From Nemertoderma westbladi (Eukaryota > Animalia > Xenacoelomorpha), in contig JAUCBJ010003840.1 in NCBI GenBank assembly GCA_032718475.1, forward strand, positions 2,184-66,183: a DNA stretch of 64,000 bases. Direction: 5' to 3'. The notes beneath the pieces were generated by a model, which had not been told where the DNA came from, did no database searches, and saw only the letters and a list, made by a program, of their open reading frames with translations. Each line of letters starts with the position of its first letter. The stretch's first letter is position 1. Made by a program: the position numbers and the translations under genes. Positions 1 to 13,712 of this stretch are shown piece after piece.

Positions 1-499
1 TAACAGATTCAGTTTTCAAACATTTAATTCAAAACTATATAAATGTTAATATAATGTTGGATTTTTTTTTGTAATAATTAACAGATGAATTATATTTTAT
101 CTAATCACATTATTAAATAACGAAGCACAGAAATAATACTAAGATTGAATATTTAATTGAAGGTACAGTACCGAATTGAATATTTGAATGGGAGAATCTT
201 TTAGGCTCGTTAAGCCAAGGAATGCCTGTTCACCACCATGGGTGATCTTCCACAGTAAACCCTTCCACTCTGTTTCCCAAGTTGCCTTGGTTCCCAATCG
301 ACCACTGAAGGTTGAAAGCCGGGGTTGGGCTAGGCTGCAGCATTTAAAGCACTGTGCCCAAACAGTACTGCCCCATCTAGGGATCGAACATTGAATATTT
401 GAGATTGCATAAGATAGAGTATTGAATATTGAATATCTTCGGCCGTCATCCCGTGACTGCATTGGCAACCATTTCGATTGGTTTCGGCTCTTCAGTCCC

Positions 500-690
500 C
501 GAATAGACCGATGGTCGGCGTGGTTGCTGTCCCCATGACTGAGGCTGCATTACCAACCAAAATTGCCATCTCCAGGCGTTGGAGCAGAAACTGGTGTGAC
601 CGCGGTTCGTGGGTGGCACTGTGGAGACGAGCCCCGATCTCCCGGAGGAAGGTGGATGTCTCTGGACCAGTTTTTAATGCGCTCTGCCCC
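500..690 (-). mobile_element. Fragment of a non-LTR retrotransposon, C-terminus of a restriction-like-endonuclease (CRE-like) ORF
   Basis: Manual - strand translation GPETSTFLREIGARLHSATHEPRSHQFLLQRLEMAILVGNAASVMGT matches the 'QRLSxAIQRGNAASxLGT' terminal motif of RLE-bearing elements. Confidence 0.6.
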
Positions 691-2278
691 CCAGCAATGA
701 TGGTTTGTTGAAGGTGGCTGGGGGGCCAGTGGATCTAGTAATAATTAACGCAAAGATATGATTAGGTAGGCCTGTGATATTACTGTATTAATTTCTCAAA
801 CCAAACCTCCATTGACGTCAAATATATCAAATTTCTCAATCCATACTAATCCGTATGTAATAATGCAGTAATGTAATGCAATACTGCAATACCGGTAATG
901 TCAATGTCCAACCAAACAATGCGTTGAGTGTTATCGGACCAGCCTCCGAGAAATGTTAGGCTAACGGCACCTCGCTCTGTCGCATCAGTTTTTGTAGTGG
1001 CCAGGTGGTCTAGTTCCAGGCTACCAGAATCCGTTAGGCCTAGTGCATGATATAGAATCAGCACATCCTGACACCTGTGCAACTCCTGAACTCACGCGAG
1101 CATTTTACAGATGGTGGTCTAATTTATATTGTCTTGTACCGCGAAACCGTGTATTATTAACAGATGTAGGCTAAATTTCGGGTCTTGTACCGTGCACAGT
1201 ACTGGTGGGCCTACACAGCTACTGCTATTTTGCCTAATACAGCTCCCAGAGGTAAATCCTTACCCCACAGGCTGTTACCTCTCTGACTGACAGCGCAACA
1301 GCCCTCTCTCGCGCAGTATTCTCACATAACCTGATTCCCTCTGGGTTGACTGAGAAGGTAATTGATGTTGGCCAAGTATAAGTCAAGCCTTATTATGCAA
1401 GGGATGTACTGTACAGTAAGTATCTGTGAGGGTTGAGTGACTGGGAGATATTTTTCCAGTTGTTATCATATTTTAATTACCAGTTTTCTAGCAGTCGTAA
1501 TTTGTGTTCCTGGTTACAAATCAGTATGTTTGGTTAAATATATGAGAATAAAGGAAGGATAAAGTGATCTTTAGGTGCCGCTGTAACTATCTATACCTAT
1601 AAAATTCAAATTCTCTCTCTCTGTGTTTGAACTCTTCCAAAACGGGCAGAGGGATTGCGCTGGAACTTGGCATGTGTGTATAACTTTAACCAGCGGTCGT
1701 TATAGGCCACTTTTCGAAAAGTTTAATTCACGTTCGGTACCGGTACTAAGTACCGGTACGTCAGTAGGCCTATACCGGTACCAGTACGCCAGTAGGCCTA
1801 TGCTGGTAGCGGGAAATACCGGGTAACATGCCTCGGGTATTGCCTGCTAGTATTATATAAATGCCAGATATTTCAAGTTAACCAAAAATTGTAAATGTGG
1901 ACAAATCCATAATACAATTAAACAGGCCTTCTTCAGTGGCTCTGGTACCTAATGAACGTAACTACGGAAACTACAACACGACTGGACTGAGCAACAGCAG
2001 AACAAATAGTACCGGTATCATATAAAATGCTGAACAATACAGTATGTTATGTCAGGACCAATTACAAAGTTTGTGTACTTGTTATTAAATGCTAACTACT
2101 GTAAGATCTAAAGGGGGTTGGTAGTTAGAATTTTTTGTACGTGTATTGAAATGTAAAAGAAATGCTAACTACTGCATAAAATATCAAAATATAGGAAAGA
2201 ATTGCTAACTACTGTATAAATTGCTTTAGTTTAATTTTAGTTTCCCATCCTTTGTCGTGGGGCCTACTGTACTGGCGA

Positions 2279-2600
2279 TTAAGTGTAGGTTTTTCCCGTC
2301 TGATGAGCTATTTTTCCCTGATTTTCCGGTCCGCCCAGTCCCTGCATCTGTATCTTAAACAATTCTGAAGGGTCCTCTGGTAGTTCTTGCACCCTGGATG
2401 TTTATCGAGGAAGTGTTCCCCTATTGCCTTCCGGTTGCCATTACGTACTGAGATGCGGTGTTTCATCATGCGGTCCCTAATCCGCCCATGCTCTCCCCTA
2501 TATAATTTTCCGTGATTCCTCTACTCCCACATATCGTACATATTATTTCATACATATGTTTAACACGTACACAAACAAGTACATATTATTGGTAGTGCAA
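2279..2600 (-). mobile_element. Penelope-like GIY-YIG endonuclease fragment, frameshifted copy 1
   Basis: Duplicate of 3847-4170 with small indels. Confidence 0.65.
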
Positions 2601-3145
2601 AGATAGACCCTGATTTAGCCTTAGAGAAGATTAAGGAAGCTGGTGCAGCTGACGGGGAATACATGAAATTGTTTGACCTAGTAACTAAGGCTGCATTTCC
2701 AATCGAGAAATACATGTTAGACTTAGAATTAAGGCCATACTGGGCTGTTCGGGACGGCCTATTGGCTTATGATGGTATGGTCCTATATGGCAGTCGCATC
2801 GTAGTTCCGAAGCAGATGCGTCACAAGATACTACTTGGGCTCCATGCCGCACACCAAGGACAGGAAAGAGCTCTTCAGCGCGCAAGGGAGTGCGTGTTTT
2901 GGCCTGGGCTTACAAATGATGTGGCCAACCAGGTTCGCAGTTGCCCAGAATGTGAAACCCATAAAGTAAGTTACCGACAAGAGCCATTTATCCACGACAT
3001 AAGACCAGTGTTTGCAGGTGAGGCTATATCCGCAGATTTATTTTTTTATGCGGGAGGTCAGTACTTAGTCATTACGGATAAATACTCTGGTTGGCCCGAA
3101 GTATACCCATGCGGGAAAAGAGGGGTGAACACATCACATACAATC
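2600..3145 (+). mobile_element. Ty3/gypsy integrase fragment, truncated copy 1
   Basis: Zinc-binding H-x3-H...CPEC motif (LHAAHQG...CPECETH) and start of the core (ADLF, ITDKYSGWPEV). Confidence 0.85.
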
Positions 3146-3846
3146 ATCACCTATAAAAATCAAATTCTCTCTCTCTGTGTTCGAACTCCTCCAAAACGGG
3201 CAGAGGAATTGCGCTGGAACTTGGCATGTGTGTATAACTTTAACCAGCGGTCGTTATAGTCCACTTTTCGAAAAGTTTAATTCACGTTCGGTACCGGTAC
3301 TAAGTACCGGTACGTCAGTAGGCCTATACCGGTACCAGTACGCCAGTAGGCCTATGCCGGTAGCGGGAAATACCGGGTAACATGCCTCGGGTATTGCCTG
3401 CTAGTATTATATAAATGCCAGATATTTCAAGTTAACCAAAAATTGTAAATGTGGACAAATCCATAATACAATTAATCAGGCCTTCTTCAGTGGCTCTGGT
3501 ACCTAATGAACGTAACTACGGAAACTACAACACGACTGGACACTGGACTGAGCAACAGCAGAACAAATAGTACCGGTATCATATAAAATGCTGAACAATA
3601 CAGTATGTTATGTCAGGACGAATTACCAATTACAAAGTTTGTGTACTTGTTATTAAATGCTAACTACTGTAAGATCTAAAGGGGGTTGCTAGTTAGAATT
3701 TTTTGTACGTGTATTGAAATGTAAAAGAAATGCTAACTACTGCATAAAATATGAAAATATAGGAAATAATTGCTAACTACTGTATAAATTGCTTTAGTTT
3801 AAGTTTAGTTTCCCATCCTTTGTCGTGGGGCCTACTGTACTGGCGA

Positions 3847-4170
3847 TTAAGTGTAGGTTTTTCCCGTCTGATGAGCTATTTTTCCCTGATTTTCCGGTCC
3901 GCCCAGTCCCTGCATCTGTATCTTAAAACAATTCTGAAGGGTCCTCTGGTAGTTCTTGCACCCTGGATGTTTATCTAGGAAGTGTTCCCATATTGCCTTC
4001 CGGTTGCCATTACGTACTGAGATGCGGTGTTTCATCATGCGGTCCCTAATCCGCCCCATGCTCTCCCCTATGTAATTTTCCGTGATTCCTCTACTCCCAC
4101 ATATCGTACATATTATTTCATACATATGTTTAACACGTACACAAACACGTACATAATATTGGTAGTGCAA
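3847..4170 (-). mobile_element. Penelope-like GIY-YIG endonuclease domain
   Basis: MYEIICTICG...YIGESMGRIRDRMMKH...AIWEH fits the Penelope GIY-YIG pattern (YxIxCxxC...YIGE...R..H). Confidence 0.75.
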
Positions 4171-5520
4171 AGATAGACCCTGATTTAGCCTTAGAGAAGA
4201 TTAAGGAAGCTGGTGCAGCTGACGGGGAATGCATGAAATTGTTTGACCTAGTAACTAAGGCTGCATTTCCAATCGAGAAATACATGTTAGACTTAGAATT
4301 AAGGCCATACTGGGCTGTTCGGGACGGCCTATCGGCTTATGATGGTATGGTCCTATATGGCAGTCGCATCGTAGTTCCGAAGCAGATGCGTCACAAGATA
4401 CTACTTGGGCTCCATGCCGCACACCAAGGACAGGAAAGAGCTCTTCAGCGCGCAAGGGAGTGCGTGTTTTGGCCTGGGCTTACAAATGATGTGGCCAACC
4501 AGGTTCGCAGTTTCCCAGAATGTGAAACCCATAAAGTAAGTTACCGACAAGAGCCATTTATCCACGACATAAGACCAGAGTTTGCAGGTGAGGCTATATC
4601 CGCAGATTTATTTTTTTATGCAGGAGGTCAGTACTTAGTCATTACGGATAAATACTCTGGTTGGCCCGAAGTAAACCCATGCGGGAAAAGAGGGGTGAAC
4701 ACATCACATACAATCGGCCATTTGGTGTCATGGATTAAGGAATTTGGTTTTCTACGACGTCTAACTACAGACAATGGCTCGCAATTTTCGTCCAACGAGT
4801 TTGCGACCTTCTGCTCAGACAATAACATAAACCATGACCCTTCGTCCCCTCCCCACCACCAGGCTAATAGTTATGGTGAGGCGGCTGTGAAGAGTATGAA
4901 GGATATGTTAATAAAGGTGAGCCCATCAGGTGACAACCACAATCAATGTCGCCATTGCTATGTTAGAATATCGCAACACACCTCGAAAAGATGGCCTCAG
5001 CCCAACCCAATGGCGACTAGGACACCATACTCGGACAACATTGCCTATGACCAACTATGCCAGGATAACGGAAACGCAACGTGGAGCAGCTGAATCTAAA
5101 GTGTCAATCATTCGTAATAACGCTTCCCGCCTGAATGACCGTGGGTCTCATGTTTTGTCTGTTCTCCAGTCAGGCGAGCATGTTCGGATACAAAACCCTC
5201 GATCAAATAAATGGGACACAATGGCAACAGTTGTTCGCGGTAATGAACGAAACCGAAGTTATTTCGTCCGTACAGATTATGGGTCAACACTTTGGCGAAA
5301 TAGGCGATTCCTTCGGCCTGTATTCCAAGCGGATACCCCTACCACATCGGATAGTCATGTTGCTCCCACACCAATACCACAAAGTTCGCCTACAGTAGAT
5401 CAGGATGGCTGGTCTGTGGTGCAACCACGTCGAGGGACCCGTTCTCGTGGTGTGACAAAATTATTTGGTGTGACACCCCAAGGGGGGGAGGGGGTTTAAG
5501 GGGGGCATGTGGTATCATAC
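4170..5520 (+). mobile_element. Ty3/gypsy LTR retrotransposon 3' part: frameshifted integrase, polypurine tract and start of 3' LTR
   Basis: ORFs 4233-5093 and 4930-5499 give TDNGSQF...NSYGEAAVK, YRNTP and RNRRFLRP motifs. Purine tract 5482-5505 is followed by TG at 5508. Confidence 0.85.
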
Positions 5521-5979
5521 TAATTAGTTTGGTATTATGTGTTAAATGAACTAAATGAACTACTAACTGTATGTATCTGGTGGTGGTTATACTGTACTAT
5601 AGGTTAACAGCTGTTGGATCCTATTCAAGAGGCGATTGATATACAGTGTTTGGGTGATGGGGTTTGGCTTGTATTATTATTTTTATATGTTTATTGATTA
5701 TATTGGATAAGTAAAACATTTTCCAGTTCGTAATAATACATAATAATACGCGGTCATGTTTATAAGTTTACTGTGCTACTATTTCTTACTAAGTATGATG
5801 TATGTACTAGCGTCTCGTGCTTCGCCTTAATATATTTTTCCTACATATTAATTGATGTTACTTGTGGTTTATCGTGCTTGTATGTATTGTGTATGTTATG
5901 TATTAATAATTAGTCGACTGTTTTACTATGGGCGTATGTTAGCCTGGATTAAAGAATATTAAAAAAAAAAATAAAAATT

Positions 5980-7620
5980 TCGTACACTACATTGCGTTAT
6001 GTACATGTACAATTCATGATGCCGTACCGGCAACAGTAACACTCCACGCTCGGAGGGAAGGGCACTTATCTTGAGAAAGGATAGCCCTAACTAAAATTTC
6101 CTTCAGTTTAGGGCCGTGGGTAGTCACTAATCTAATGCGGGGGCGTAGTGGTGAGGGGCGAATAATACCCTGGATATGCCGTCGTAGTTGTTCACCCACG
6201 AATGGTATGATTAATGGGACCTGGGAATGGTTAGGACCTCTGTGTAGGGGATCTGGGCACTGGGGTGCCGGATTCTATATTGTTGATAAGTTTATTGATA
6301 GTATGCGTCGGGTAGTCGTTTTGTAGTAGTATGTTACGTACTTTGTGTAGGATGCGCGTGCGTCCTTCCATAGTTGAACTATTCCTAAAAGCCCTTTGTA
6401 TGAATGCCCTGGCAGTGCTGATAATGCAAGACCGTGAGTGGCTACTATGGAAATTGAACATAATGCCTAAATTACTGGGTTTTATATAAAGTTCGAAGTC
6501 TATACGTCCAGATGAATTAACTGTAGTCAAGAAATCTAAGAATTGGATACACGAATACGATTTTTCCATTGTGTATTTAAGTGAGTCATGGCATTAATTT
6601 AAATATGCGAGGAATTTCTCGAGTTTTTCCTCCCCATATTGCCATACTGACCACCCATCGTCTAAATATCTAAACCATCAGAAGACCGACAGTGGATAGT
6701 CGTCTAGGTAACTACTACTTTCCTTCACATGTATATAAATAATGGTGAAAGGAGCCGCGGATCTATCCCCCATACCCTACCCAGCCCATCGTTCTGTTTA
6801 TAAAATTGCCCATTGAATCGAAAAAAATGAAAATTTCATATGTGTCTGTAGAAGTCCATAAAAGTCTGTGATATCCAACCCATACATATTAATGTCCGTC
6901 TTATGTTCTTTTACAAACCCTGTGACCACCTCTACATGTATAGTGGTATACCCTCCCTCACTGGTATATTAGTGTGCATCGATATAGTGTCTAAACTAAA
7001 AAGAATATCCCCTGGTTCTAGAGGTTCTATATTATTCACACGTCCCATAAAGTCTGTTGAGTTTTTAAGGCGTTCTGGAACGAACTGTGCGGCTTCTGAC
7101 AGGATCCTGCTGGTCAACCACGCCGGTTTCTCCCCCGCTGATCCCGATCTAGACGATATAGGTATCATTGGAGCTCCAGCCTTATGGGTTTTCGGTGTAC
7201 CATAGAGTTCCGGAACCTTGGGAAATGCTCCTAAGCGTCGACCCTATTGTGTGAAGTTATTTACGACTGAAAATACTTTTAATACCCCCATTTGGTTAAT
7301 ACCTCCCTTTATTGTTGGGGTTATTTGGAAGTGCCGTATAGGCGTGAGTGTCCGTAATGATGTCATTCGTCATCTTCTAAATGTAGCCAGCCCTTTCCAT
7401 CACAGCAAATCCCCCGCTTTTATCGGTCTTTTTAATAATAATGTCTTTGGATTTCGATAGTTCCTTAAGTACTCTACGTTCTAGTGTAAGAAGGTTGTTT
7501 CGGGTACGTGTGTTACTGTTTATGTTATGTTTGTGCTGCTCTACCGTGGCTTTAAACGTCCTCCCCAGTTCCTCCAGATCACGTTCCATATCGGGGCCGA
7601 GGCCATCCTCTATATATAGG
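5980..7620 (-). mobile_element. Degenerate Penelope-like element reverse transcriptase
   Basis: Fragments IIIKKTDKSGGFAVM, PISSRSG, FSLDTISMHTNIP, a RYLDD core near 6660-6675, FLDF...YIKPSN and RAFRNSS; ends at a truncated 'VVYEI'. Multiple frameshifts. Confidence 0.8.
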
Positions 7621-7807
7621 CTATACATATATATATATAAGTTTATTATTGACAAGAAGATAATATGTTGTAAATTAACAATAATAATACACCAAGAACA
7701 CAGTAAAACACCAATCACATAATTAATATAATCAAGCACTTCCTGTCCAAATTTATAGTTACATAGGTAAATATAAAAACACAAATACACAAATAGGCCT
7801 CTATAAT

Positions 7808-9440
7808 TCACTTAAATATTTCCTGAATTTCGAATACAAATGTACACAACTTATTTATATTGCTTTCCTTATTCATTAATTCCTGGGAATTTTTGATATT
7901 TACATATCCAAACTTTATTCTTAGATTTTCAGTAAGGCTACAATTCAATAACACGTGTGTCTCATCTTGCACTGAGATATTATCGCATAGGCATTCACGC
8001 TCACTAGGTGGCGTGCGGCTCCATCGACCTCTTTCACTACGGAGGTTGTGCGATATCAGTCGCAATCCGGTCAACGGGACTCTCCTAAAATCTGGCAAAA
8101 ATAATTGCCGACTGGTTTTGTACATCGTATGAACGGTAAGATCCGGATTTATTATTGTTTTGTAAATCTCAACTTTTCTTCGTGTCTGAGATTTATTTAT
8201 TACACGAATCTTCACTGATTTAATAGAAAAATCATTAATGTTGATTTGTAATCGAATTTTGTAGTAATTTAAAACCAGCACAGTTATGGGTTTCACATAA
8301 GGCAAAAAAAAAGCAAAAAGCAAACAGTCGGCCGAAGCCGGAGGCGACCCGAAGGCTCCTCTTTCGATAGCTTCTACCCGAGGGTAGGGGTGGGCGCTAC
8401 TCCTATCCCAAGATTTGCTCCCAGTTATTTAACTGGTACTGGGTAATAACTGTTATGGTAATGATCATCATTTACACCTAAGTACTAGCTAGACCATACA
8501 TTTTTTCTGTGCACGTATAACTATCTCAGTTGTCGGCTGTAAGTCTAATTCTACAAACACAGGTCATTTGGTGTACTTATACGTACTACCAATAATGCTT
8601 TAATGGCTTTTATATAAAGTTTATCAATTGCCTTAAAACTTCTTGTTAACCAGGACTCGCACCCATACAATAATGAGGCAGAGAAACATGCCTCAAAAAC
8701 TTTCAGTTTTAAATATAACGGCATTGCACAATTACTTCTACAAAATATAATAAATTTGTTCATAGAATCAGCACATTTTTTAGCATGTAAAGATGATAGG
8801 ACCGTTTTCATGTTCCCGTCCTCACTAAAAGGTGCACCGAGATAAATATATTCAGTACAATGTAAAATAGTCGTTTCACTCACTAAAATCGGTTTTCGAT
8901 CACCTTCGTTACCGGTACCATTGGTAACGAAAAATGTCGTCTTTTTTTTTATTGATAACCATTTCAAATTATCTACAGTACTGGTCCACTATTAAAAACT
9001 TTTCCACACATGCTTCGCGCGTAGTCGAAAGTACCACTGAGTCATCCATTAACAGGAGAACTTGTAGCACACCTAAATACCCATCAGTTGCAAAAGCCGA
9101 TTTTATTTTCAGAACAAGAAAGTTTAAATATAAGCAAAACAAAGTTACACTTGTCGGGGCTCCTTGTCTAACCCCCACCGTAGACATAATTGTAGCATCC
9201 CCTAAAATGTTTTCGTACAATTATGCATAGCTTTAACAGCATAAATGATTTTTCTACTGCAACCTGCCTTTCATAAACATTCTAATAATTTCATTCTAGG
9301 TACTAGATCGTATGCTTTATGGAAATCAGTAAAAATAATGAAAAATTTAAATCGTTTCCTAACTGCTAAAGCAATCAAACGCCTTAGCGTGACTATTTGC
9401 TCACTACAACCCCTATTATGTTTACCACCTGCTTGACAAC
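7808..9440 (-). mobile_element. Degenerate LINE reverse transcriptase, 3' part
   Basis: FTDFHKAYD, GVRQGAPTS, LMDD, YIYLG, LLYGCESW and C-terminal SHNLRSERGRW..RECLC...DETHVLLNC motifs across split ORFs. Confidence 0.85.
8303..8440 (-). mobile_element. Probable SINE 3' fragment inserted in the LINE
   Basis: GC-richer insert (ggcgacccgaaggctcc...gggcgctactcc) with a simple-sequence tail interrupts the LINE. Resembles invertebrate SINE 3' regions, from memory only. Confidence 0.35.
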
Positions 9441-9771
9441 TAAGAACATTAGACCTGAAACGAGCTGAAACGACCACGAAACGACCTGAAACGACTACGA
9501 AACGACCACCCAAACGACCTAGAATGTGCTAAACCAAGGTAAACTTCTATCAAAGGAGGCCACAGCTGCACTTCTATGAACATCATCAATGTGGGTTAAT
9601 GTCGCCTTTAAAACAACAACCATCTTGAACGAGAAATTCAGACAAAATTTCTGCAAACAACTACGCAAGTAATGTAAATAAACATTCCCCCCCCCCCCCC
9701 CCCCCCCCTTACGAATCTGACAACAAGTTTTGTCGGTGAATTCTCTAACAGCAGTCGTTCGAATGCGTAAA

Positions 9772-10540
9772 TTATGACCTCCACTTACAAATTATAAAAG
9801 TTAACATTAAAAAGTTACTGGGTGACCGTTGAGAGAAGGGTGAGGAGCGATGGGGATGCAGACCACGTGAGGGCATGGTAGTGGAGTTGACAAATCTCTT
9901 TACAGAATCTGCAGACGCAGACTGGAGATAGCGGGTGAAACGGCGATGGCCGGGACGCTTCCACGTCGAGGAGCTGAAGGCAGGGCCCGAGGTGAACTGA
10001 TCCTCGATAAAGTTCGATTCGCACTCAGCTCGGAAGACTCTGTAGCTCGTGAGGACTTCACAGTCGAAAACCGAAGGATATTTTTCTACAAGGTTCTCCA
10101 CAAAGGATTTTTCATCTACGAGGTTGAGGGTTGGTGTAGAGGACGCTGAGGTGTATGAAGTCCCAGTAACAGTTTGATATTGGCCGTCTTTACTTTGTCA
10201 ATATCCTTTAGGTTTTATAGCAAGAAGAATCGCCATATTTGTTGAATTGCATAGGAAAGAGACAATGGGTGCTATCTTTACATTAAATATTTATAGTCCT
10301 GTTTCCCTGTATAACAGTGGGAGGTGATTGAGTGATCCAACGATACTGTAAGTTTTCGATTTAATATGCTGCGAGAATCTCAATGAAGATTGTACAATTA
10401 CTCCCAAATATTCATAATCATTAGATTAGATATTATAACTAGGTCACCATCATATATAAACTTATCGCTTTGGGCTAGTCTCCCTCCTTTCTTGAACTTT
10501 ACAACTTTCGTCTTTATAAGATTAACCTCCATTCCGTTAA
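9772..10540 (-). mobile_element. Diverged LINE 3' fragment, related to the element at 48120-49710
   Basis: NGMEVNLIKTKVVKFKKGGRL and YRVFRAE...GPAFSSSTWK align with NSMEVNLSKTKIMKFRKGGRL and YRSYRTE...GPAFTTSSWK of ORF 48146. Confidence 0.75.
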
Positions 10541-12919
10541 TAATACGAGGTAGTCCACATAGAATATAAATTGTATTAGTGATACGGTTGTGCGAATAAA
10601 CTGTTGTAGGTCTGCGATGTACAAAATAAAGCAAGTCAGTGATAGGCATCCACCACCACCCTGTAGGGTTCCACGGATGAGTTTAGTTGCGTTTATACCG
10701 CCGAATATTCTAATTTTGTTTGAGGTTAGACTCTTAGACTTTAATATTTTATTAATATTATTTTATAATAATTATAACACTTTAGGGATCTAAAACTTAA
10801 TGTAAGAGTGGCATCCCCATGTTATTTTGCTAAGTAAAGGAGACCGTCACATTCACGTATAAAGGTTACTGTAGCTTTGCATTAGGTTTGGTGATGTTAA
10901 TAAATGCACGTTCACGTACCCATCATAGAGATGTCACTTTATGCCGTTTTTCAAAAAGAAAAGCTATTATCTTGAATTAGAAAATGTGTTTAATGCACTC
11001 ATATGTCAGAGATATGACGTTTAGATTTCCAGGAAAAAGCTATTATCTTCTATTAATTATGGGATTAAGTGGTCGACATTAAAATGTGGGAAACTTAATA
11101 GGATCATGACGGGAAAACCGATGGCGATATCTTTATCATTAAACGCTACGGGAAAAAACTGATCGCAAAACATTATAACTACTAGAAAGTAGAAAGCCAT
11201 CAAGATAGCTTTAAACGAAACTGCCTTTTGGGACTCAGAATAAGCACTAACTTTCCCGACAGCCAAATTTACTAACTTATAATATCTGAAATTATATAAT
11301 AATATATTCGCATCCACTCGATCCGTGCATTCCAGTGACCATGTTAAACTTTAAGTAAAACCAATTTTTGTGAGAAGTCTGGTGATAATTAATTGTCATT
11401 TATATTGGTCGCGAGATAAAACATTCTAACAAGAACTAAAATATTAATTAAAACCCTGTTCCATATTGTTGTTTCAGTTGCTTTTCATCGGAAGTTTATT
11501 GATTATAAAACAATATTATTAACTAATCTATACCTTACATATTTAATAAGACAACAAAGTCCAGGTCAGACTTGATACTATAGAATATAAATTAAATAAT
11601 CTTTTCTTCTAGTAAAATAAACTTTTGTATACATAAAGTTCACGCTAAATGAGAAACTCAGTAAAAGATGGAGGAAATCAATTGGATACTGATTATTAAA
11701 CCTCGCAACATAACAGGAACGAGGAACAATTCAAATAAATATAAACGCTACTGTATGTATAGAATTAAATATACAAAGTTATTGATAAACATTAATTCCC
11801 ATCATAATTAATGCCACTGCCAAATTAAAACTGAAATTAAAACGTCTGATAAGAAGTGTAGAGTCTAATTTCTGTATAGGCTTAATTAATTCAGTTGGGG
11901 GCCTTAATCAGTTCAGACACACTCAGTAACCTAATAAATATTCGCAATGGATTTTGACAGAGGAGCTATCAGCTGGCTACATACAGTAATTAGAAGACCG
12001 TTAGGACTTCTTACTGTAAAAGTATTCACTATGATTGTATCTATGTATATCGGGTGAACTCCACCGAAACTATAGCTAGTCCGGCAATTAAAATTATATC
12101 AATCGAAGCAGCTCAACCCCAGGATGTGGAAAAATAAAAGGGTTGATTGCCTCAAAACACGAAAATTGCCATCAACTCAATGATAGAAACACCAGCTGCT
12201 GGTGCTCATGTGGGCCTAGTAAGCTACTACTATTGATTGAATGGATAGCCCAAACTGCAGAGAAGTATATTACTTGCCAAATTGATTACTATCTCACTCT
12301 ATCCCAGACCGAAAACAAATTGTAATATATTAGCCCGACATCTGAATGGCTCTTCCAAGTGAATCCTATGGGAATATCTATAGGGTTACTCTACTCACTG
12401 CTAGGGAGGGGGGACACAAGCTGATTGAATTATAAGCACTGGCCTGTTCAAATGTTTTATACATATTAGAGTCAAGTCACGCAAGTTAGAATCCGTGATC
12501 AATGTTTGCGAAACTCCAAATCTATAGCTAATTTTGAAGAGCATTATTTTCCGGTTAAAATAAGCCTGGGTGACCCAGGCAAAAGTTTGGGAATCCTGAG
12601 ATATTGGCTTCTGAACTTTTGGGAATTTTATGTAAAAATCATCCTCTACACCGATCAATTATTGTCCATTTAACAGTGCTGTTTCCTCTACAACATATTC
12701 TAGAACTGTGTTTTTAATATTATATTTCGACAACATTCTTTTAACATTTCGGATTCGGGTATACTATAATTATTGTCTGTTCGAGAACGGAATATACGGA
12801 TTTAATACCTGAAGAAAATTAATCTGTATAACAACTGAGGCCGTAGACCGAAGTAGTTATACATGATTTATTTGCTGAAGACTGATACGACTTTACTTTT
12901 GAGGGAGGTTGTTCTAGTC

Positions 12920-13200
12920 ATTTACAAGACGACAGCTAAAAATTATTTCGAATCCCCCGCTTAGACTTAGGAGTAAACTTATTGGTATTGGTACCCCATT
13001 ATTCGACAACAAAACCAACTGTCTGTTTCGATTCGGGCGGACGGTGTCTCGCATGTTGAACCACTTATTATCAACATCATCTAAAATCTTGAAGGTTTGA
13101 ATCACATCACCCCTTTTTCTCCGATCAGTTGTAAGCCCGATCTGAGCCAATTTCTCCTCGTAAGATCCTGTCAGACCTGAAATATTCCTTCCTGTCGGGC
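12920..13200 (-). mobile_element. CR1/L2-type LINE 3' fragment
   Basis: SYEEKLAQIGLTT..RRKRGDVIQTFKIL is the typical CR1-group ORF2 C-terminal motif. Confidence 0.7.
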
Positions 13201-13439
13201 CTAGGAAATTCTGATAGATAGAAAGGAAAGAAAATCGCAGGTCCATGATACAATTTTGCATGAACCAAAAAAAGACACTTGTGAATTCGCGGTTTAAATT
13301 GAAACATTTCCACTTGTTTTATTACGAAAAATAGCACAGTAACACTAAAATTGCCATAGACTCAATAATAGAAACACCGTGTTCATGAAAAAATAATAGT
13401 GAGGGCCTACTAATGGGTGCTATTGAATGGTCAATTTAT

Positions 13440-13712
13440 GTCGCAGTGTCTGAGTGGATACGGCGCCTGAACTGCTTACACGATAGTGTTTGGTGGCGCA
13501 GGTTCGAATCCGACTAAAGGCTGTAGAAATTTCGCACTGTTGTGTCCCTAGGCAAGACACTTTAGACATTAGTGCCTACGCCAACCCAGCAGTATAATGG
13601 GAACCTGACTTTGCTGGGGTAATGATAATAAAAGCAGGCGCTTTGATAAGGTCGTAAGACCCCTAAAGGCGCCTGCTATAACAAATATAAGTACAATTAT
13701 TATTATTATTTT
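13440..13712 (+). mobile_element. tRNA-derived SINE
   Basis: tRNA-like head (GTCGCAGTGTCTGAGTGG...GGTTCGAATCC B box), central TGTGTCCCTAGGCAAGACACTT resembling conserved SINE core domains, and a (TTA)n tail. Confidence 0.7.

Larger units (their letters stand above)
1595..4715. repeat. Direct tandem duplication of ~1.55 kb (copy 1 1595-3145, copy 2 3149-4715)
   Basis: Near-identical sequence and duplicated ORFs (1623/3177, 2663/4233, 2685/4255). Copy 1 breaks off inside the integrase at 'acatcacatacaatc'. Confidence 0.95.

Noticed and set aside
470-500. CTGAAGA-GCC-GAAA hammerhead-like motif on the - strand
   Set aside because: Only 3 nt between the core boxes, so stem II cannot form.
13440-13520. 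Functional tRNA gene
   Set aside because: No clean cloverleaf by eye, and it continues into a SINE body and TTA tail.
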